From Parcubacteria bacterium SG8_24 (lineage in GTDB: Bacteria > Patescibacteriota > Patescibacteriia > SG8-24), in contig LJNP01000002.1 in assembly GCA_001303185.1 (NCBI GenBank), positions 1 to 59,499 on the forward strand: 59,499 bases of DNA. Reading direction: 5' to 3'. The notes below the pieces were generated by a model. It did not search any database. It was not told the origin of the DNA and worked only from the letters and a program-made list of their open reading frames with translations. This document shows positions 55,091 to 59,499 of this stretch, piece by piece. Position 1 is the first letter of the stretch. Each line of letters starts with the position of its first letter. The position numbers and the translations under genes are program-made.

Positions 55091-55343
55091 GCTCCTGCTC
55101 CTTGGTGCTGCCGATGTACGCTCGAATCCTCGGTCTTGGGAAAACTGTCACCTCCTGCGAGAGGTCGGTTACTCCGCTTCATCTCTTATCACCCCTTTTG
55201 CGTCGTCCTTTTCCTAATGTGCCTCGAGAGATTGGATCGACACCCCCTTTCCTTCACACACCTCGCGATCTCTGACATTTTGCGTATTTCAATGAGCCTG
55301 CTGAGGTCGGTCCGGCGCGTCGGGCGGACCGGCTCGATTCGGC

Positions 55344-55372
55344 AATCTATCAGTTTTCCGGACGGCTGTCAA
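55344..55372 (-). promoter_or_regulatory. Sigma70-like promoter of the NYN gene
   Basis: Minus strand TTGACA-17 nt-TAGATT, about 250 nt upstream of the GTG start. Confidence 0.7.
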
Positions 55373-55412
55373 CGGTGGGCATCACGGCAGCCTGTCCGGC
55401 GTGACCGGCACC

Positions 55413-55435
55413 GAAAAGACCGGGCTGACCCGGCC
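55413..55435 (-). terminator. Rho-independent terminator after the 93-aa paralogue
   Basis: Minus strand GGCCGGG-TCAG-CCCGGTC followed by TTTTCGG. Confidence 0.7.
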
Positions 55436-55460
55436 TTGGATATTTCCGATCGGTCTGCCG

Positions 55461-55742
55461 TCATTCGCTGTCGTCCCGCGGGATGAACACCGGCACGACC
55501 TTCCGAAGGACCGTATGCGAGGATCGCTTGATCTCCCGATACAGCCTGGACTGGAGGGCCTTGATCCTGTCCCGATAGACCTCCCAAAGACGGCGCCGCA
55601 AGACCTGATCCTCGATCGGGACGGTCTTCAGGGCTTCCCTGAACCGGATATCCAGTTGGGTCTTCTCCTGCTCGTACTCCCTGGTATAGGTGTCGATCTC
55701 CTGGTCCAGCAGGGGGGTCTTGGTGACAGTCTCGAATGACAT
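55461..55742 (-). CDS. Hypothetical helical protein, paralogue family member 1 (93 aa)
   Basis: LLDQEIDTYTREYEQEKTQLDIRFREAL...RRLWEVYRDRIKALQSRLYREIKRSS aligns with the C-terminal half of 55912-56343. Confidence 0.65.
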   Translation of the reverse strand: MSFETVTKTPLLDQEIDTYTREYEQEKTQLDIRFREALKTVPIEDQVLRRRLWEVYRDRIKALQSRLYREIKRSSHTVLRKVVPVFIPRDDSE

Positions 55743-55762
55743 AAGGCTTTTTTCAACGGCAC

Positions 55763-55791
55763 ACTATAGCACCGTGCGGGCTCGATGTCAA
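55763..55791 (-). promoter_or_regulatory. Near-consensus sigma70 promoter of the 93-aa paralogue
   Basis: Minus strand TTGACA-17 nt-TATAGT, 20 nt upstream of the ATG. No SD. Confidence 0.75.
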
Positions 55792-55865
55792 GGGTGTGAA
55801 CGATACCTAAGGCGGCCGGACGAGGCAAGTCCGAAGCATCCACAGGACCGATTATCGCCACCGCG

Positions 55866-55886
55866 AAAAAACGGCCTGTCCGGCCG
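55866..55886 (-). terminator. Rho-independent terminator after the 143-aa paralogue
   Basis: Minus strand CGGCC-GGACA-GGCCG followed by TTTTTT. Confidence 0.65.
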
Positions 55887-55911
55887 ATCGTTACGGTATC
55901 GTACTCCACCC

Positions 55912-56343
55912 TCAGCCGCGCTGACGCGGCACCACCGCCAGGACCACGTCATGCAATATCGAGGTCGATGACTTCTTGACCTGGGTCAGCAACCGGGACT
56001 GCAGATTCCTGATCCGGGAGCGATAAGCCGTCCAGAGCCGTTCCTGACCGACACTGTCGGCCTGACTGAGGTCGTCCCGCAGCCTGAGGTCCAGGACCGT
56101 CTTCTCCTTCTCGTACTCCTTGGTGTAGCGGTTGATTTCGGCGTCCAGCGTCTCCGTGTACTTCTTCTGACTGCCTTCGATCTCGACGATGGCGGCGATC
56201 AGACGGTCGTTGAACCTGGTCCATAACCTATCCGAGACACCCTCCCGGGAGACGGCCTGTCTAAAGGCTTCCTTCTCCTCTTCGGGAAGGAAAGACCTGT
56301 CTACGGCGTCGGTGAACATCTTCGGTGAGACCGTCCCGTCCAT
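55912..56343 (-). CDS. Hypothetical helical protein, paralogue family member 2 (143 aa)
   Basis: TLDAEINRYTKEYEKEKTVLDLRLRDDL...ERLWTAYRSRIRNLQSRLLTQVKKSS. ATG 56343 lies 1 nt after the upstream stop (TGAtATG). Confidence 0.65.
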   Translation of the reverse strand: MDGTVSPKMFTDAVDRSFLPEEEKEAFRQAVSREGVSDRLWTRFNDRLIAAIVEIEGSQKKYTETLDAEINRYTKEYEKEKTVLDLRLRDDLSQADSVGQERLWTAYRSRIRNLQSRLLTQVKKSSTSILHDVVLAVVPRQRG

Positions 56344-56344
56344 A

Positions 56345-56689
56345 TCAAGCCGCCTTATCCGCTGCGACGCCGGACTCACCGATGCCGCGCGATGTCATCT
56401 CCTGCCGGGCCGGACCGAAGTATCCGCCGAGTCCGGCCTCTTCCATCTCCCGGAAGAAAGAGACCGCGGGCTCCGCCAGCAGTTCCCTGATCTGCCGCTC
56501 GGCGCCTTCCCGGATCGAACCGATCTCGGTCAGCGCTCGGACCTCTTCCGCCTCCAGGCCGCGCTCGATCCGTTCGATGCGGTCTTCAGCGCTCTCCGGC
56601 TGCCGGGCCTCCTCCTCCCGCCGCTCGCCGGAATCCTCAGTCGATTCCTGTTCCTCTGCCATATTGTCCCTGGGTTCGCCTTCGCGCAT
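56345..56689 (-). CDS. Hypothetical acidic protein (114 aa)
   Basis: A Glu/Arg-rich N-terminal half. Tightly packed between the YkuD stop (56693) and the next start (56343). No recognisable family. Confidence 0.45.
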   Translation of the reverse strand: MREGEPRDNMAEEQESTEDSGERREEEARQPESAEDRIERIERGLEAEEVRALTEIGSIREGAERQIRELLAEPAVSFFREMEEAGLGGYFGPARQEMTSRGIGESGVAADKAA

Positions 56690-56692
56690 AGG

Positions 56693-57214
56693 TCACCATC
56701 TGACCGTCACCGGATCGCCGACCTGGGCCCAGTCATAGATCCAGCGGGCGTCATCGAGCGACGCGTTGATACATCCGTGGCTCATCCGATAACCGAAATT
56801 ATTGTGCCACGGCGCGTAATGGATATAGATATGCGGGAATATCCGGAGATTATAGGGTGTCTTGCCCAGATCGTAGTTGTCCGGATGGTCCTCGCCGTAC
56901 GACCAACGGTATATCACGTGGAAAGGTTTGGCCAGCACCGAGAATTTCCCGAGCGGCGTCGGGTGCTTGGTCGTGCCGGTCGATACCCAGAACGACCTGA
57001 CTACCCGGCCGTACTCCAAGGCCCGCAGGCGCTGCTCCGATATGTCCACGGTGATCGAGCGGGATGAATACGGATTGCCGTCGGCGTGGCCCGCAGTGAG
57101 GGTCGCCAGTAGGATCTCGTCATCCGGCCGCCTATCGCCGGCGGCAATCAGGATGCCGTCCGTATCCCCTGAGATGGTCTTCCCGTCCCACGTTCGGCGC
57201 CGCCAAGAGCTCAT
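56693..57214 (-). CDS. L,D-transpeptidase (YkuD) catalytic domain; start unresolved, possibly the C-terminal part of a frame-disrupted FG-GAP fusion
   Basis: ISEQRLRALEYGRVVRSFWVSTG...TPLGKFSV...HIYIHYAPWHNNFGYRMSHGCINA (H...SHGC catalytic signature). The first in-frame ATG that does not read through the alternative frame of the FG-GAP gene is 57214, which is 83 nt inside that gene. Confidence 0.7.
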   Translation of the reverse strand: MSSWRRRTWDGKTISGDTDGILIAAGDRRPDDEILLATLTAGHADGNPYSSRSITVDISEQRLRALEYGRVVRSFWVSTGTTKHPTPLGKFSVLAKPFHVIYRWSYGEDHPDNYDLGKTPYNLRIFPHIYIHYAPWHNNFGYRMSHGCINASLDDARWIYDWAQVGDPVTVRW

Positions 57215-58070
57215 CCCGGCCGTCACCGTCGATATCGGCCGCGGCCAGGTTGAGGCCGCCGGAGAAACCCGGATCGGCCGCCGGGAACTCGGCGAGCGGT
57301 TCCAGTCCGGGACCGCCGAATATCCTGATCGTGCCGTCACCGCCGCCGCGCAGGGCCACAGCCACTTCCTCCTGGCCGTCGCCGTCGATATCGGCCGCAG
57401 CGACGGAGACCCCGCCCGCCGTCGCCTCACCGAACGGGCTGAACTCTCCCAGGAAGCCCCAACCGTCGGTCCGCCAGACCTTGACCAGAGGCACGCTGCC
57501 GGGACCGCTGGCCGTGACGATATCGTCACGGCCGTCGCCGTTGATGTCGCCGACCGCCACGGAGGCACCGGTCTCGTTGTCCCGCCCGAAAGGATAGAAC
57601 CCGCCGGCGAACACTCTCTGGTTGCCGTGCGCGTCCAGTACCAGGACGTGGCCGTTGGTCCCCGGACCGGCCGCCGTCACGATCTCGTTCTGTCCGTCGG
57701 CGTCGAGGTCGCCGACCGCCACCCGCAGACCTCCGGTCAGGCCGTCGCCGTACGGCATCAACTCCGAGGCCGGACGGTCACCCAGACGGATTATCCTGAC
57801 GAGCGGCGCCTGACCCGGCGCCGAGCCGATGATGATCTCCGGCAGGCCGTCAGCCCCCAAGTCGCCGACCGCCAACCCGCCGCCCAAAAAACCTCCCTCG
57901 GAAACCAAGGGTAGCGTTTCGACCAGACGGGCTCCGCTGTCGAGACGGCCTAAAGTCAGGCCGGACGGCAGGGGTTCCGGTCCGTCTGCCGCCTGCGCCC
58001 AGACCGCCGTCGGCAGCAGCCAAACGGCCATACATATCCCGATGGACTGAAGGAAGCTCGTCCTGGACAT
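57132..58070 (-). CDS. Secreted FG-GAP/VCBS-repeat (beta-propeller-like) protein
   Basis: Signal peptide ICMAVWLLPTAVWAQA. Five repeats of the type VAVGDLDADGQNEIVTAAGPG / VAVGDINGDGRDDIVTASGPG / LAAADIDGDGRDELLAAP. Confidence 0.85.
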   Translation of the reverse strand: MSRTSFLQSIGICMAVWLLPTAVWAQAADGPEPLPSGLTLGRLDSGARLVETLPLVSEGGFLGGGLAVGDLGADGLPEIIIGSAPGQAPLVRIIRLGDRPASELMPYGDGLTGGLRVAVGDLDADGQNEIVTAAGPGTNGHVLVLDAHGNQRVFAGGFYPFGRDNETGASVAVGDINGDGRDDIVTASGPGSVPLVKVWRTDGWGFLGEFSPFGEATAGGVSVAAADIDGDGQEEVAVALRGGGDGTIRIFGGPGLEPLAEFPAADPGFSGGLNLAAADIDGDGRDELLAAPNVGREDHLRGYGRHPDCRRR

Positions 58071-58104
58071 GGTCCTGTCACTGTCACGGAGGGATTACGA
58101 CCCT

Positions 58105-58134
58105 ATTGTAGCGCCACTCCGCCTCTCAGGCCAA
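58105..58134 (-). promoter_or_regulatory. Sigma70-like promoter of the FG-GAP/YkuD operon
   Basis: Minus strand TTGGCC-18 nt-TACAAT, 35 nt upstream of ATG 58070. Confidence 0.5.
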
Positions 58135-58209
58135 TCCGGTTGACGGTTCCGCCTGCGATATGCAAGATAGGCCCGTAGTTCCTTGAATCGAGAGGACCAT
58201 GGAGGCCAC

Positions 58210-58734
58210 ATGACGGGATCCATCGACGACCGTGACGTGAAGATCGTCATCGTCTGCGGCAAATACTTCGTCTGGGACGCCCAGCGGAACATGCCGGACT
58301 ACGCCGCCATCGACCGGAACATCTTCCTGGCCCGGCAGGTCCAGCGGATGTGCTTCCAGCTTCCCAACGACAACGTCTTCGTCTTCTGCCCCCATCAGAA
58401 CACGGCCCACTTCGAGTTCCTGACGACCGTCGCCGAACCGCAGTACCAGGCCGGCGACCGCGCCGTCATCCGCCGCATGGGCGATGCCGGCATCGTCGTC
58501 CCCAACTGGACCGATTCCTCCGGGACGAAGATGGAGATCGAGCTGTTCAACGAGCTCGGCCGTCCGGTCTTCCGGGAGACAGAATCCCTGAGTGCCTGGA
58601 TCGGCGGCCTGCCGGACTTCAAATTCGAGGTCGAGCGTGTCGAACTCGAAGGTCGCAGCTTCCTCTTCTGGAAGCTGAAAGACCTGACGCGGGGACCGCT
58701 CACCATGCAGGAAGTGAACGACTACACGCTGTAG
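58210..58734 (+). CDS. Nucleoside 2-deoxyribosyltransferase-like fold protein (DUF4406/DUF1937-like) with C-terminal extension
   Basis: GGAGG-5 nt-ATG at 58210. KIVIVCGKY...VFCPHQN...GDRAVIRRMGDAGIVVPNWTDSSGTKMEIELFNELGRPVF matches the pattern of that superfamily from memory. An extra ~50 aa of unknown fold follows. Confidence 0.4.
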   Translation: MTGSIDDRDVKIVIVCGKYFVWDAQRNMPDYAAIDRNIFLARQVQRMCFQLPNDNVFVFCPHQNTAHFEFLTTVAEPQYQAGDRAVIRRMGDAGIVVPNWTDSSGTKMEIELFNELGRPVFRETESLSAWIGGLPDFKFEVERVELEGRSFLFWKLKDLTRGPLTMQEVNDYTL

Positions 58735-58749
58735 TCGACCGTCCCCGAG

Positions 58750-58779
58750 GGGGCGCCTCAGGCGCCTCTTTTTCTTTTC
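58750..58779 (+). terminator. Rho-independent terminator
   Basis: GGGGCGCC-TCA-GGCGCCTC followed by TTTTTCTTTT. Confidence 0.8.
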
Positions 58780-58785
58780 CGCCGA

Positions 58786-58813
58786 TTGACAGCGGCGCCG
58801 GGCGAAGTAAGGT
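58786..58813 (+). promoter_or_regulatory. Sigma70-like promoter
   Basis: TTGACA-16 nt-TAAGGT, the same -10 hexamer as at 41476. It lies 42 nt upstream of ATG 58856. Confidence 0.55.
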
Positions 58814-58855
58814 GGCCTCAGTACCTTACAACCGGGTACGGAATGGAGTCGAAGA

Positions 58856-59499
58856 ATGGGATCCGGAAGCTGCACCTGCTGCCGATCGCGGCCGCGCTGC
58901 CTGCTCACCGGCGCCGGCGGCTTCAGTGGCCAGGAGATGAGACGGCTGCTCCAGAAGTCCGGCTACCGTGTCATCGGAACCGACGTGATTCCACGGGACG
59001 ACCTGGCGGTACGCTTCTGCGACAGTTACGTCCGCTGCGACCTGCGCGACATTTCGGCGACCGGACGGCTGGTCCGGGAGAAGGGGCCGTTCGACCTGGT
59101 CTTCCACACGGCCGGCCTGGTCGACCTTGCGGCCGACTACCGGATGCTCCACGCGGTGAACGTCGGGGGTACGGACAATCTGTTCCGGGCGCTCCTGACG
59201 CTGCCGGAGCTGCCGCGGCGTCTGATGCTCTGGAGCTCGGGCGGTGTCTATGACCTGTCGCTCCCCGGCCCGCTCGATGAGGACGCGCCGCTTGTCCCGA
59301 CCGAAAATTACGGCCGGTCGAAGCTGGAGAGCGAGCGGCTCGCCCGCTCCCTGGCCGCCGAGACCGGCCTGGTGCTCACCGTCATCCGCCCCTCCGGCAT
59401 CTACGGCCCGGGGAACCGCTACGGGATCGCCACGCCGATCTTCCTGGCGGCCCGCGGCGGCTTGGCGCCCTGCCGGATGGGACGGCGCGGCACGCGGGT
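58856..59499 (+). CDS. NAD-dependent epimerase/dehydratase (extended SDR), 3' end off the window
   Basis: Not in the track because it is open at the edge. My translation reads MGSGSCTCCRSRPRCLLTGAGGFSGQEMRRLLQKSGYRVIGTDV...FHTAGLV...NYGRSKLESERL (GxGGFxG Rossmann motif, YxxxK)...VIRPSGIYGPGN. Confidence 0.75.
   Translation, partial: MGSGSCTCCRSRPRCLLTGAGGFSGQEMRRLLQKSGYRVIGTDVIPRDDLAVRFCDSYVRCDLRDISATGRLVREKGPFDLVFHTAGLVDLAADYRMLHAVNVGGTDNLFRALLTLPELPRRLMLWSSGGVYDLSLPGPLDEDAPLVPTENYGRSKLESERLARSLAAETGLVLTVIRPSGIYGPGNRYGIATPIFLAARGGLAPCRMGRRGTR

Noticed and set aside
57215-57568. The N-terminal 118 aa of the track ORF 56693-57568 as genuine coding sequence of the transpeptidase
   Set aside because: This part (MPPWRSATSTATAVTISSRPAVPAAC...) is the alternative frame of well-formed FG-GAP repeats and has artefact-like composition.
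58126-58908. A 260-aa minus-strand ORF overlapping the plus-strand 58210-58734 gene
   Set aside because: It is Arg-rich and featureless and has no RBS. The plus-strand ORF has GGAGG-5 nt-ATG, a recognisable fold signature and a strong downstream terminator.

Overview
A visibly GC-rich 59.5-kb bacterial chromosomal segment. I support about 53 protein genes and 3 tRNAs (Val-UAC, Leu-GAG, Val-GAC). I saw no rRNA, CRISPR array, transposase or integrase. All but six CDSs are on the minus strand. The backbone is housekeeping: rsmA, tsaC, prfB with the classical +1 frameshift, groES-groEL behind a perfect CIRCE operator, yidC, nusA, yraN, argS, tyrS and valS. Many small membrane proteins sit between these genes. 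UGA is a stop codon, so the code is standard. Most genes have AGGAGG-type ribosome-binding sites. Promoters stand out as AT-rich islands close to TTGACA-N16-18-TAnnnT. Three accessory blocks deserve attention. (1) Bases 1-12555 hold a 3270-aa cysteine-rich secreted giant protein, flanked by a Ca-binding-repeat anchor protein and a VirB6/TrbL-like polytopic membrane protein. (2) Bases 29563-33708 hold an apparently leaderless operon: a pyruvoyl-type histidine-decarboxylase homologue followed by two paralogous multi-TM histidine kinases, with no response regulator in the window. (3) Bases 42904-54387 hold nine co-directional genes: two peptidoglycan-binding (OmpA-like) solute-binding-protein fusions, a VWA protein with a Cys-motif C-terminal sorting-like tail, a PspA/IM30-like protein with a membrane partner, a NitT/TauT-type ABC importer and a tandem AAA+ ATPase. 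Several junctions are ATGA start/stop overlaps. I cannot match block 3 to any described system. The short YidC, the scattered housekeeping genes and the giant surface protein next to a VirB6-like protein are reminiscent of CPR/Patescibacteria or another monoderm-type lineage, but this window cannot settle that. All family calls rest on motif recognition from the translated sequence. No database search was run.
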